Shown here: positions 49,037 through 59,141 of the stretch, one piece after another
Numbering within the stretch: the stretch's first letter is position 1
Layout of the letters: each line of letters starts with the position of its first letter
Assembly (NCBI GenBank): GCA_037305845.1
Contig: CP147778.1
Span: forward strand, 1,920,001 to 1,984,000
Source of the DNA: Candidatus Freyarchaeum deiterrae
GTDB lineage: Archaea > Asgardarchaeota > Jordiarchaeia > Jordiarchaeales > Jordiarchaeaceae
Direction of reading: 5' to 3'
DNA length: 64,000 bases
Program-made: the position numbers and the translations under genes
Notes under the pieces: model-generated
Seen by the model: the letters and a program-made list of their open reading frames with translations, nothing else
What the model was told of the DNA's origin: nothing
Databases searched by the model: none

Positions 49037-49382
49037 ACCACCACGCTTTGATAATAAATATTAGCGCAATTAATGCCTATAATTGTTAGCCTACAATTCC
49101 ATCGATAATTAAATAGATTTAAGTTTTCTATTTTCTTTCCCTAAATTTAAGCTTTTTTAAAGGGCATTTTAGTAAACGATAACCCTAATTGATTTACCTC
49201 CAAATTAACAAAAATTGATACATTCATGTTGAAAAAAATACTAGTCTACATATCTCTGTCTCAAGATATAATTACATTCGAAAAACTATGATACCTTGCA
49301 GAAAAACGCTTCTTTTCTTTTCACTGAAAGGTTTTTAAAAGCCAGATGCATATTCTATTATATCTGATGAGGTGTACACACG

Positions 49383-49700
49383 ATGATAACCTCCAAATAC
49401 TTCCAGAAAACATTACAACAGCTACAAAAACACCCAGGCGTTAAGGGCGTAATAGTCACGAACACAGAGGGCCTTCCCATTAGTTCGACTCTTTCGACTG
49501 AGAAGACTGAAACAATTTCCGCCCTGGTAACGTCACTGGTCGGGAAAGCTTCTAAAGTAATAACAGAACTTGGTGTAGGTACACTGAACTTTCTTACACT
49601 AGATGCGGGAGAAAGCGAACTGCACATAGCTCCAGAAGAGGAATATGTTCTAATAGTGCTAAGATCCAAAAACGCTGAACCTCTTCCTCAAAACAAGTAA
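49383..49700 (+). CDS. Roadblock/LC7 (dynein light chain-like) protein
   Basis: HPGVKGVIV.N.EGLPISST, E..IAP..EYVLIVL. Confidence 0.88.
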   Translation: MITSKYFQKTLQQLQKHPGVKGVIVTNTEGLPISSTLSTEKTETISALVTSLVGKASKVITELGVGTLNFLTLDAGESELHIAPEEEYVLIVLRSKNAEPLPQNK

Positions 49701-49865
49701 CTGGAATCAAAAAATGTTAATACACAGCCAAAGATTGCTCTCAAAAGAGTTTTTAGCAAACGTTTTGCGCTATCGGATAGCTTGCAAAGACCGAAAACCA
49801 AATATAATACCGTAAAAAGAGTTAATATTAATAAAACAGAAGAAATTAACGGGGACTGTTGAAAA

Positions 49866-50333
49866 TTGATGGATGTAAAAGCCTTTGATAAAATCTTAAG
49901 TGATGTCATAAAAGCGGAAAGCGGGATAAAAAAAGTCATCCTCGTTGACAGAACGGGATTAACTATAGCTCACGTCTCAAAATTCTCTTACTATCCTGTC
50001 GATATTGACGGTATAGGTGCGATTGCCAGCGCGGTCTACAGCGCCAGTGAAGAACAAGGTAAAAATCTGGATATAGGCGAACTGAATATCGTAACTTCCG
50101 AGTTTGATAATGGAAAAATTTTTGCCGCTAGCTGCGGTAAAGGCGTTCTTTGTGTTATTACCGATGCTGATGTCAACATTGGTATGATTCGTTTGGTTAT
50201 GAAGAAGGCTTCGAATCAGCTCAAAGGTGTTCTTGACGAATTCCTTGCCGAGAAACCAGTTATGCCTGTATCCTCCGGACAAGCTAGTGACGAGGATCTT
50301 AAGGCTGCCCTTAGCGAGCTTGAAAAAGTGTAG
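49866..50333 (+). CDS. MglB-like roadblock protein with C-terminal helix
   Basis: LVDRTGL.IA, GAIASAV..ASEEQG, NIGMIRL; immediately upstream of the MglA-like gene. Confidence 0.85.
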   Translation: MMDVKAFDKILSDVIKAESGIKKVILVDRTGLTIAHVSKFSYYPVDIDGIGAIASAVYSASEEQGKNLDIGELNIVTSEFDNGKIFAASCGKGVLCVITDADVNIGMIRLVMKKASNQLKGVLDEFLAEKPVMPVSSGQASDEDLKAALSELEKV

Positions 50334-50409
50334 CTTGAACCTGCCTTACCCTACCATACTTTACCGCAATCCAACTATACTCCTCCTTAAATAAAACTAA
50401 ATAGGATGT

Positions 50410-51003
50410 GTGCAGCCTTTGAATAAAGATGCTCAAGGTAGAATACATTTTAAAATAGTTTTTTGGGGACCATCCCTATCCGGGAAAACGACATGCCTTA
50501 GATGGATTTACGATGAGGTAACCGGCCTTGACAAAGGCGGTTTCACATCTGTAGAGGATCCAACCGGCAGAACATTATTCTTCGACTATACACCGATATC
50601 TGCGACTGGCAAGGTTATTTTTGATGTTTTCACCGTTGCTGGTCAGAAGCGTCACAGACACCAGAGGCGGATTGTGCTGCAAGGAGTGGACGGGCTCATT
50701 TTTGTAGCGGACTCCGCGAGAGATCAATTGCAGACGAATCTAGAAAGTCTGGCGGAACTAAAGGGCCACTTAGGAACGAAACTCGGTGAAGAGATTCCCA
50801 TATTGATTCTTCTTAATAAGCGTGATTTGCCTGACGCATTGGAGAAAAACGCCATAGTTCGAGCCCTTCAAGCTGACTCGTTGCCCGTCTATGAATCAAT
50901 TGCAATAAAGGGGCTTGGAGTGAAGCGGGCTTTTCAATCTCTTTCCCGTGAAGTCCTCCTGAAAAGACTTTATAAGCAAGAGATGATTCCTAAATCCTCT
51001 TAA
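50410..51003 (+). CDS. MglA-family small GTPase
   Basis: KIVFWGPSLSGKTT, GRTLFFD, TVAGQ, GVDG.IFVADS, NKRDL. Confidence 0.9.
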   Translation: MQPLNKDAQGRIHFKIVFWGPSLSGKTTCLRWIYDEVTGLDKGGFTSVEDPTGRTLFFDYTPISATGKVIFDVFTVAGQKRHRHQRRIVLQGVDGLIFVADSARDQLQTNLESLAELKGHLGTKLGEEIPILILLNKRDLPDALEKNAIVRALQADSLPVYESIAIKGLGVKRAFQSLSREVLLKRLYKQEMIPKSS

Positions 51004-51117
51004 AAGCAATCCCCTAATCCTTTTTATCCCTACGAAAATTTCAGAGGAAAGAATATAAGGATAATCCTTCTCTTAAAAAGTTATAAATTTGAAATAATGC
51101 ATTGGTGGCGCGCGTAA

Positions 51118-51483
51118 ATGTCTAAAAGTGAAAACCTAGAAGAAATCCTGAAAGACTTGGAATCTTCGGTTCCTGAAATTCAGGCAGCAGCAATCGTATC
51201 CGTGGAGGGTTTGCCAATTGCCGCACAACTGCCTTCCGATGTTGACGAAACGCGTGTGGCAGCTATGACTGCTGCTATGTTGAGTCTGGGTGAACGCGCG
51301 GCTCAGGAGCTTGGGAAGGGAGAGCTAGAGCAAGTTTTCATAAGTGGCAAAGATGGGTATATTTTAGTTACCTCTGCGGGTCCTAATGCAGTTTTAACTG
51401 TTTCGACTACGAAGAATGTTAAATTAGGTTTGATTTTTTTGGATATGCGTAGATCTGCCCAGAAAATAGCTGAGCTCATATAA
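51118..51483 (+). CDS. Roadblock/LC7 domain protein (COG2018)
   Basis: AIVSVEGLPIA, VAAMTAAMLSLGER, G.LEQV.I.GK.G, LGLIFLD. Confidence 0.93.
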   Translation: MSKSENLEEILKDLESSVPEIQAAAIVSVEGLPIAAQLPSDVDETRVAAMTAAMLSLGERAAQELGKGELEQVFISGKDGYILVTSAGPNAVLTVSTTKNVKLGLIFLDMRRSAQKIAELI

Positions 51484-51577
51484 TGCTCCCTAATGATTTT
51501 AATTACGGACATAGTGTGAAATCTTTTTAGACTTTAAATTTTTTCAAACTGAAATTGTTACCTAATTTTTAGAATAA

Positions 51578-52138
51578 TTATGGTCCATTTGAATATAGTT
51601 GACTGTTTATTCTGGGTAGCATAGCCATAAGGACTGAGAACTCTGTGAGTTTAGTTCTATCCATCAACCCGTGGGAGAGAAAGCCTATTGCTCCCATTTT
51701 TTCACCTAAATTTTTTAGGCCCGTTATTTGTTCCATAACATCTCCCACCTCAAGATTTTCTTTTATGACCCTTTGTGTCACGATTGGTGGGTATTCGAAT
51801 CCCGGCCCTGCCCCGAAAGTTTTTCTTCCTTCCTTGTCAACTATTACACAGTATTGAAAGTCAAGGTAACGCTTCTCGCCACTTAAGGCTACGTCTATAA
51901 TTCCCGCTTCTATGCCTACACCAAGATCTGCATTGTTTACTCTCAGTAACGCTTCTTCGGCTCTATTTAGAGCTCCTTCCAGAGTTTGGCTTAGTCCTAT
52001 AGGCTGTGGTGGCGCGCCGCTTGGAACCTTTACTCCGTAAATTTTTACATCTCCGAATAGTTTCTGCATAACGTTTTTCACTGCGGAAATTTTAACTGGA
52101 TTTTCTGAACCCACTGTAATAATCTTCATTAAATTCAA
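51578..52138 (-). CDS. yjjX: Inosine/xanthosine triphosphatase (YjjX/DUF84)
   Basis: GSENPVK, QP.G..T..GA.NRA, VGIEAG, GAIG.L. Confidence 0.92.
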   Translation of the reverse strand: MNLMKIITVGSENPVKISAVKNVMQKLFGDVKIYGVKVPSGAPPQPIGLSQTLEGALNRAEEALLRVNNADLGVGIEAGIIDVALSGEKRYLDFQYCVIVDKEGRKTFGAGPGFEYPPIVTQRVIKENLEVGDVMEQITGLKNLGEKMGAIGFLSHGLMDRTKLTEFSVLMAMLPRINSQLYSNGP

Positions 52139-52229
52139 CCTCTAATTTAGAAATAGAGATAATAGTAATAAGTGCTGATACAATTTTTATACTATCTGTT
52201 TGGTTTAGATATGAGTTGGAGGATTACTC

Positions 52230-53288
52230 ATGAAGCTAAAGGAATTACAGGATATGCTTGGAGATGTTGAAGCTTTGATTTTATTTAAGCCAGAAAACAT
52301 CTTCTATATCTCAAGCTTCTTTTCAACTTCGTTCATGTATTTATTTATACCTCGAGAGGATTCGCCCACTGCTGTTGTCTCACAGTTAGAATTTGAGGCG
52401 GCGAAAAATGCAATAAAAGATTTTTCTATCCTCGAAGCGAAAAAGCAAGAAGATTTTGAAAAGACTCTATTGAATCTTCAAAAAGATTTGAAATTAAAAA
52501 AGTTGGGCTTTGAAGAGGATTTTCTGACAGTGAATGTTAAAGAGAAACTAGAGAAAAGCAGCAAAGGCGTCGATTTCATGCCCGCATCAGACATCATAAA
52601 AAAACTTAGATCCATTAAATCTAGGAGCGAGATAGAAGTGATTCGAAAAGCGGCGGAAATAGCCGATGAGGGCATCAAAAGAGCTATAGACGCGATAACT
52701 CCGGGCATTAAGGAGTATGAGGTTGCTGCAGAGGCAGAGTACGCAATGAGGAAGATGGGTTCTAGCGGGACATCGTTTGACACCATTATAGCATCTGGTT
52801 ACAGATCTGCTTTTCCACATGGTTCTTGCAGTGATCGAAAATTGGAAAACGGAGATTTAGTAGTTATCGATTTAGGTGCTCGTTACAAAAATTATTGTTC
52901 AGATTTAACCCGAACACGCATGGTCGGTTCTCCGAGTTCGAAGCAGGAAAAGCTTTTTCAAACAGTTTTAAACGCCCAGCAGAAGGCTATGGAAATCATT
53001 TGCCCTGGTGTTAAGGCTAGTGTAATCGATGAGACGGCTCGAGAGCTGATAAAAAAGGAGGGGTACGGAGATTTTTTTGTTCATAGTTTCGGGCATGGAG
53101 TAGGGATTGAGGTGCATGAATATCCGTCGATTAGCCTGAATAGCAAAGATATTATAGAAACGGGTATGGTGTTCACAGCTGAACCAGGAGTTTACGTTCC
53201 CGATTTTGGGGGATGTAGAATCGAAGACATGGTACTAGTTCGTAAGAATGGATATGAACTACTTTCCAAAAGTCCTCAGCTTTTATAA
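52230..53288 (+). CDS. pepQ: Xaa-Pro dipeptidase/aminopeptidase (M24B)
   Basis: PHG, DLG, SD.TRT, GHGVG.EVHE, EPG.Y, RIED. Confidence 0.93.
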   Translation: MKLKELQDMLGDVEALILFKPENIFYISSFFSTSFMYLFIPREDSPTAVVSQLEFEAAKNAIKDFSILEAKKQEDFEKTLLNLQKDLKLKKLGFEEDFLTVNVKEKLEKSSKGVDFMPASDIIKKLRSIKSRSEIEVIRKAAEIADEGIKRAIDAITPGIKEYEVAAEAEYAMRKMGSSGTSFDTIIASGYRSAFPHGSCSDRKLENGDLVVIDLGARYKNYCSDLTRTRMVGSPSSKQEKLFQTVLNAQQKAMEIICPGVKASVIDETARELIKKEGYGDFFVHSFGHGVGIEVHEYPSISLNSKDIIETGMVFTAEPGVYVPDFGGCRIEDMVLVRKNGYELLSKSPQLL

Positions 53289-53595
53289 TAATTCCTTTTT
53301 TGGAAAATCTAATTTCTTGAAATGTTAAGTAATCTAGTCGTGTTCTAACTTGTTTCAAACGCCATAAGGACTTTATATGCATTCAATACTGAAGGGCTAA
53401 GTTAAGCTTCTATCATTATGTTTATACCAAGATTCACGGGCAACTCAATAACAGGGGAAAATGTGAGTAGGGTGATACTGCTTGTTAACTTCTTTACCTA
53501 ATCAAAAAGATTTATTATCCTCTCCAAAATATATTCTCACGTTCTGAAGTGGTTCGCCGTGGATTCGGAAGAATTAGTTCTTAGGATGATTTTGG

Positions 53596-54423
53596 GTGGT
53601 TCTTATGCAGCGTCTCATTAAACACATTCCAGCGTCTCTCTTGCCTTTATCAATTATTAACCGGCTTCAGAACATACTTACCGGTGTGTACGAATGGGTT
53701 TTGTGGCGCCAAATCAAGGACGGAAGTATGCCGGAGCATTTAGCAGTTATTCTTGATGGTAACAGGCGGTTTGCAAGACAAATTGGTCTAGATTTGTGGA
53801 TTGGGCACAAATATGGCGCAGAAAAAGTGAAGGCTTTTTTAGATTGGGCGTGGGAGGCTGGTGTTAAGATTGTTACTCTGTATGTTTTTTCCACGGAGAA
53901 TTTTGGGCGTTCCCGTAAGGAAGTAGAGGAAATTATGAGGCTTGCTGAGGAAAAGTTCGAAGAAATTCTAAATGAATCGAAAATACACAAGTACAAAGTA
54001 AAGGTTAAAGCAATAGGTAGAATAAATATTCTACCAGAACGGGTGCAAGCAGCGATTAGAAGAGCCGAAGAAAAAACAAAGGATTACGATAGGCATCTGC
54101 TGAACATTGCCATAGGATATGGTGGAAGAGCGGAAATAGTTGACGCATTCAAAGAAATCGCTGAGGAAGTGAAATCTGGAAAAATCGATGTCAATGATAT
54201 TGATGAGCAATTAATCGAAAATCACCTTTACACTTCCGGAGTTCCCGATCCTGCTTTAATTATTCGTACTAGCGGCGAGGAAAGACTTTCCGGATTTCTT
54301 TTATGGCAATCTGCTTACTCCGAATTGTATTTCTGTGATGTTTACTGGCCAGCGATGAGAAAAATAGACTTTTGGAGAGCTCTTAGAACCTACCAGATGA
54401 GAGGAAGAAGATTCGGAAAATAA
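53596..54423 (+). CDS. uppS: cis-prenyltransferase (polyprenyl diphosphate synthase)
   Basis: ILDGNRR, FSTENF.R, YGGR.EI, IRTSGE.RLS.FLLWQ. Confidence 0.96.
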   Translation: MVLMQRLIKHIPASLLPLSIINRLQNILTGVYEWVLWRQIKDGSMPEHLAVILDGNRRFARQIGLDLWIGHKYGAEKVKAFLDWAWEAGVKIVTLYVFSTENFGRSRKEVEEIMRLAEEKFEEILNESKIHKYKVKVKAIGRINILPERVQAAIRRAEEKTKDYDRHLLNIAIGYGGRAEIVDAFKEIAEEVKSGKIDVNDIDEQLIENHLYTSGVPDPALIIRTSGEERLSGFLLWQSAYSELYFCDVYWPAMRKIDFWRALRTYQMRGRRFGK

Positions 54424-54676
54424 ACTTTGTTACCCAAACAAAAAGCTTCTTTTGCAAATCATATTCGGTTAATTACACAGATACATTAATCAAATAAAAC
54501 TTAAAGTGTAATTATGTAATCGTAAACAATAATTCCAAACTCGAAATAAAAATAAAAAGGGCAAATTCTTAGCGTTTACTGAGAGAGTATTAACCACTTT
54601 ATTTTAGTCTAAGTTGAGCTTTCAAGATAAGCAACTAAAAAACATTCGAATAGAATATAAAAAAGGGTTGAAGCGC

Positions 54677-56104
54677 TTGTTAAAGGTATATAACACTCTG
54701 ACTGGAGAAAAGGAAGATTTTGTTCCCATTAGCGGAAATAGGGTAGGGATGTACGTCTGCGGCCCAACCGTTTATGATTACAGTCACATAGGGCACGCCC
54801 GATCATATGTGGCTTTTGATGTTATACGAAGATACCTAGAATATAAGGGATACACTGTTATTTATATTCAAAACATTACAGACGTTGATGACAAAATTAT
54901 AAAAAGGGCAGAAGAATTGTCGGAAGCTCCCTTGTCCCTTTCAAGGAGATTCGCCGAAGCTTACTTTGAAGACATGGACAGACTTGGTGTGAGAAGAGCT
55001 AACATACACCCCAAAGTAAGTGACCATATACCGGAAATAATCGAGTTCATTGAAGGATTAATAAGTGGGGGTTATGCTTACGAGGTCGATGGAAGCATTT
55101 ATTTTCGTGTATCAAAGGACAAGGACTACGGCAAACTGTCGCATCAATCAATGGAGAACATCTTAGCGGGGGCAAGGGTGGAAGTGGATGAAAATAAGGA
55201 CGACCCTCGGGATTTTGCTCTTTGGAAAAAGGCCAAGGAGGGGGAAATTTTTTGGAGTAGCCCGTGGGGAAATGGGAGACCGGGATGGCACATGGAATGC
55301 TCCACTATGTCGATAAAATATCTAGGCCCTAGAATAGATATTCATGGAGGAGGTATGGATTTAATTTTCCCTCACCACGAATGTGAAATAGCTCAATCAG
55401 AATCATACACGGGTAAACCTTTTGTGAAGTACTGGGTACATAATGGATTCGTTACCATAAACCAGGAAAAAATGTCGAAATCTTTGGGAAACTTTTTCAC
55501 AATTAGAGAAGTCTTGGAAAAATACGATGGCGAAACTATAAGATTTTTCCTATTAGGTACACATTACCGGAGTCAAATTGATTACAGCGAGCAACACCTA
55601 CAAGAAGCCAAACAAAACCTTCAAAAAATTTACAACGCTATTAACAAACTAAAAACTCTTATCAAGGGGCAGGACCAGACAGAAATAAACGAGCCCGGCG
55701 CAGAAGAGAAAGAGTTGCTAAAACAGGTTGAAAAATCCAAACAAGAATTTATAGACGCTTTGGACGATGATTTCAACACAAGGGAAGCGATGCCCACTAT
55801 CTTCGAACTGACCAAAGCAATAAATTCACTGCATAGCAATAGCAAGATAAGTAAAAATGCTCTTGAAACAGCCTTACAAACGTATGAGGAATTCGGACAA
55901 ATTTTAGGATTATTCCAAGAAAAACAATTAGAGACCGATTTGGAGACAGTAGGTAAACTGGTAGAACTTTTAATCGAACTAAGAAACCGGTCTCGAGAAA
56001 AGAAAGACTGGAAAACCGCCGATTACATACGAGACAAATTGAAAGAAGCGGGAATCCTCATTGAAGATTCCAAAGAGGGAACAACCTGGAAAACCACCGA
56101 ATAA
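54677..56104 (+). CDS. cysS: Cysteine--tRNA ligase
   Basis: CGPTVY..HIGH, GRPGWH.EC, KMSKS; TTG start at 54677. Confidence 0.97.
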   Translation: MLKVYNTLTGEKEDFVPISGNRVGMYVCGPTVYDYSHIGHARSYVAFDVIRRYLEYKGYTVIYIQNITDVDDKIIKRAEELSEAPLSLSRRFAEAYFEDMDRLGVRRANIHPKVSDHIPEIIEFIEGLISGGYAYEVDGSIYFRVSKDKDYGKLSHQSMENILAGARVEVDENKDDPRDFALWKKAKEGEIFWSSPWGNGRPGWHMECSTMSIKYLGPRIDIHGGGMDLIFPHHECEIAQSESYTGKPFVKYWVHNGFVTINQEKMSKSLGNFFTIREVLEKYDGETIRFFLLGTHYRSQIDYSEQHLQEAKQNLQKIYNAINKLKTLIKGQDQTEINEPGAEEKELLKQVEKSKQEFIDALDDDFNTREAMPTIFELTKAINSLHSNSKISKNALETALQTYEEFGQILGLFQEKQLETDLETVGKLVELLIELRNRSREKKDWKTADYIRDKLKEAGILIEDSKEGTTWKTTE

Positions 56105-56118
56105 TAAATGAAAAAAGG

Positions 56119-57729
56119 TTACTTCACTCGGTCTCTTTTCTCCAATCCTATCTTACTTATGTACATTCCATCAATTTTTAGAATAGACGAAACGAATTCT
56201 GTGGCGCTTTTCAGAGACTTAATCTTCATATAACTAGGCTCCAAAACGCCAATTTTAGTCATGTCTTCCAACTTTTTATTTTCAATATCAACGCCTATCC
56301 AGTTCTGATTATTAATGTGTTTTGAACGTAATTCTAGGATGGCGTCAATCTCGTTCAATCCCGCATTTGATGCTAAAATACGCGGGATCGATTCAAGAGC
56401 TGAAGCGAATTCAACCATTGCTAACTGTTTTTTTCCCTCCACTAAATATGCCGTCTTCCTGATATGCTTTGCCAGTTCGAGTTCAATAGCTCCCCCGCCA
56501 CCTACAACTTTTTTATGCACCATAGCCACAGAGACAGCCATCATGGAGTTCCTCAAAAGTCTTTCTACCTCCTCACAGACATACCAAGACCCACCTCTAA
56601 CCAACACGGCAACCGCTTTAGCATCCTTACAACCCGAAAACTCTACGTATTTGTCCTGCCCCAATCTTCTCTCTTCGACAAGCTCTGCATAACCGAGATC
56701 ATCTCCCCCGAGATCCTCAATCTTGGAACAAATATTTGCCCCACACGCTTTACTAAGCAGCTTGAACTCCTCTGGCTTAGCCCGCCTTATTCCAAGAATT
56801 TTGTTCTTGGATAAACTCTGTTCAATCACCCTATCTATTCCCTTCTCCGTCACAACTACATTCGCACCGCTCTTCTTAATAAAGGAAAATTTCCTCTCGC
56901 CAAATTTTCTCTTTTCCTCAATGTAACCATCCAAATCCTCAGGAGTATTTATCCGCAACTCAACCTTCCTATCTGTTGGCTTCTCTAAGTAGAGTTTTTC
57001 ATCCAAGAGAGCAATTCTAGCGTCCACAACTCTCCTCGGCATTTTCGGACTCAAAATATCCTTAGATATAATAATACCGTGAATCAACTCGGTATCCCTT
57101 ATTCCTCCACCTTCCTTCTTAACAAACTGTACTCTATCCTTGACATCTATTAAACTCTCTTCTTTTGCTGCAATGGTGGAAACCGCCTCGACAGCAATAT
57201 CCGAAAGATAGTTCTCCACTCTTTTGGAAAATTTTCCAGATAGAGCAGTATTCGCCACGGATTTAAGTAAAGCCTTTTCCCCATTCGTATGAATACTCAA
57301 CTCTTCTATGCAGTTTATTGCCTTTTCGCAAGCGGCATAATACCCCGAAATGATGACTGAGGGATGTAGTCCCTCGTTGACAAGCTTCAAACCCCGCTTA
57401 GCTAATTCGGCAGCCAGAAAAACAATAATTTTGCCCCCATCGCCCTGCGTCCGAACATGGGTTTTACACAAATTAACAAGCATTTCGCCAATCGGATGCT
57501 GAATGTCCAGGTCCCGCAAAATTGTTACTGCATCATTAGAAATCACAAAATTATCGTATCTGTCTATAACGAGTTTGCTCATCCCCTTAGGTCCTAAAGA
57601 GGTTTTCAAAATATCTGCAATCGCAACAACGGCATAAACACAATTTTTGACCGCGTCAACACCCTTCAGATGCTCGGCCATTTTTGCTAGCTTTTCCTGT
57701 ACTTTATCCCTACTGCCAGAATTACCCAA
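56119..57729 (-). CDS. Divergent group II chaperonin (thermosome-like) subunit
   Basis: TSLGPKG, HP, GLHP.VI, GGGA.E, LA.NAG, V.EP..K; ATP motif altered to GDGGK. Confidence 0.88.
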   Translation of the reverse strand: MGNSGSRDKVQEKLAKMAEHLKGVDAVKNCVYAVVAIADILKTSLGPKGMSKLVIDRYDNFVISNDAVTILRDLDIQHPIGEMLVNLCKTHVRTQGDGGKIIVFLAAELAKRGLKLVNEGLHPSVIISGYYAACEKAINCIEELSIHTNGEKALLKSVANTALSGKFSKRVENYLSDIAVEAVSTIAAKEESLIDVKDRVQFVKKEGGGIRDTELIHGIIISKDILSPKMPRRVVDARIALLDEKLYLEKPTDRKVELRINTPEDLDGYIEEKRKFGERKFSFIKKSGANVVVTEKGIDRVIEQSLSKNKILGIRRAKPEEFKLLSKACGANICSKIEDLGGDDLGYAELVEERRLGQDKYVEFSGCKDAKAVAVLVRGGSWYVCEEVERLLRNSMMAVSVAMVHKKVVGGGGAIELELAKHIRKTAYLVEGKKQLAMVEFASALESIPRILASNAGLNEIDAILELRSKHINNQNWIGVDIENKKLEDMTKIGVLEPSYMKIKSLKSATEFVSSILKIDGMYISKIGLEKRDRVK

Positions 57730-57956
57730 TATAAATCACTTCTCTCGAAAAAGGAACGTTTCCACAAATAATTTGCATATAAACCAAATTTAATTTTTTA
57801 TAATATATTACTTGGAACTGAACCGTTCTAAAATTGGACAGAATATCCGACTCGTAATTAATATTTCAGTTTAAAAAAGCGGCAACTCCAAAAAATAGTA
57901 ACCTACCCGATGAATTAAAAGACAATTAGGAACTTGACTATTTCCGTTTAGACTTA

Positions 57957-58187
57957 TTAAGAGGGGTCCGTGGGTTTACGGATGAGTACAATGTCTCCTA
58001 TCGCTTTTATCCATGAAAAAGGAATAGAAATGATGCTCCTATTTTCCACCGGTTTTTTGAGTTTAACATGCAACCCTGAGGCTACACTGGTTAAAGTGTC
58101 GAACTCTAGATCCTCCACGGTTCCCACAAATTTTCCTATTGCCGTGTACACCTGTTTACCGCGGATCTCAGTGGCTTTAATACTTAT
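57957..58187 (-). CDS. PRC-barrel domain protein (probable non-canonical ATA start)
   Basis: KATEIRGKQVYT..GKFVG.VEDL...IPFSWIKAIGDIVLI. Confidence 0.8.
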   Translation of the reverse strand: MSIKATEIRGKQVYTAIGKFVGTVEDLEFDTLTSVASGLHVKLKKPVENRSIISIPFSWIKAIGDIVLIRKPTDPS

Positions 58188-58198
58188 TTTAATCCCCC

Positions 58199-58903
58199 CT
58201 ATTCCTTGGAGAGAATTATGCGAGCGTCAACAGTTTTAGCACCATCAGGATACGTAATTACCGGATTGAGGTCCATCTCATTTATTTCAGGATGATCCAT
58301 AACAAGCTTAGAAACGTTCAGAAGTATGTTAATAATCGCCTCAAAGTCCACTGGTTTCTGGCCTCTAACGCCCTTCAATATAGGATAACCCTTAATCTCT
58401 TGTATCATTTCCTCAGCATCATACTTGGTAATCGGAGCCACCCTAAAGGAAACATCCTTTAAAACCTCAACAAAGATGCCTCCCAGACCAAAGGCCAAGG
58501 CTGGTCCGAATTGTGGGTCCTTTGTCATTCCAACGATTACTTCTCTCCCTTCGGGTGCAAATTCTTCGATGATTATACCTTCAAATTTGTAATTAGGCAC
58601 TGCCTTTCTGACGTTTTGTTGTATTTCTTGGTAGGCTTTCTTCGCTTCTTCTGCGTTTTTGATATTGATTTTTACCCCGCCCGAGTCACTCTTGTGAACT
58701 ACATCCCTTGAAACGATCTTCATAACCACGGGGTATCCTATCTCTTGTGCGAATTTTGCTGCTTCTTCTGGTGTTTTTGATACTTTATGCTTGGTTACTG
58801 GTATTCCGTATGCTTTAATTACATCTTTTGCTTCGGGTTCTAGAAGAAGAGTGCGGTTTTCGCTTAACGCTTTCTTGAATATTTGATTTATATTATTGGA
58901 CAT
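58199..58903 (-). CDS. ADP-forming acyl-CoA synthetase beta subunit (ATP-grasp)
   Basis: E.EAK...YGIP, GYPVV.K, HKSD.GGV, DPQFGP, DLNP, VDAR. Confidence 0.93.
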   Translation of the reverse strand: MSNNINQIFKKALSENRTLLLEPEAKDVIKAYGIPVTKHKVSKTPEEAAKFAQEIGYPVVMKIVSRDVVHKSDSGGVKINIKNAEEAKKAYQEIQQNVRKAVPNYKFEGIIIEEFAPEGREVIVGMTKDPQFGPALAFGLGGIFVEVLKDVSFRVAPITKYDAEEMIQEIKGYPILKGVRGQKPVDFEAIINILLNVSKLVMDHPEINEMDLNPVITYPDGAKTVDARIILSKE

Positions 58904-59141
58904 TTACTTCACCTCTAATTATTATTAAACCCCTATTTTCATACTAACCCCTATTATTATACTAAATGTGGAACTCTTTCTGAGGTTACCTTTATTGTTT
59001 TGGTAAATTAGAATTTTAAATCCTTTATATAAATTTCTTTCGTGTACTCGTCTTATTTCTTTGGTAACTGTTTTTCAACTTTTGAAATCATTTTAAGTAT
59101 ATTAAAACTTTCCCAAGTATTACCGGAAAAAGGGTAAAGCT

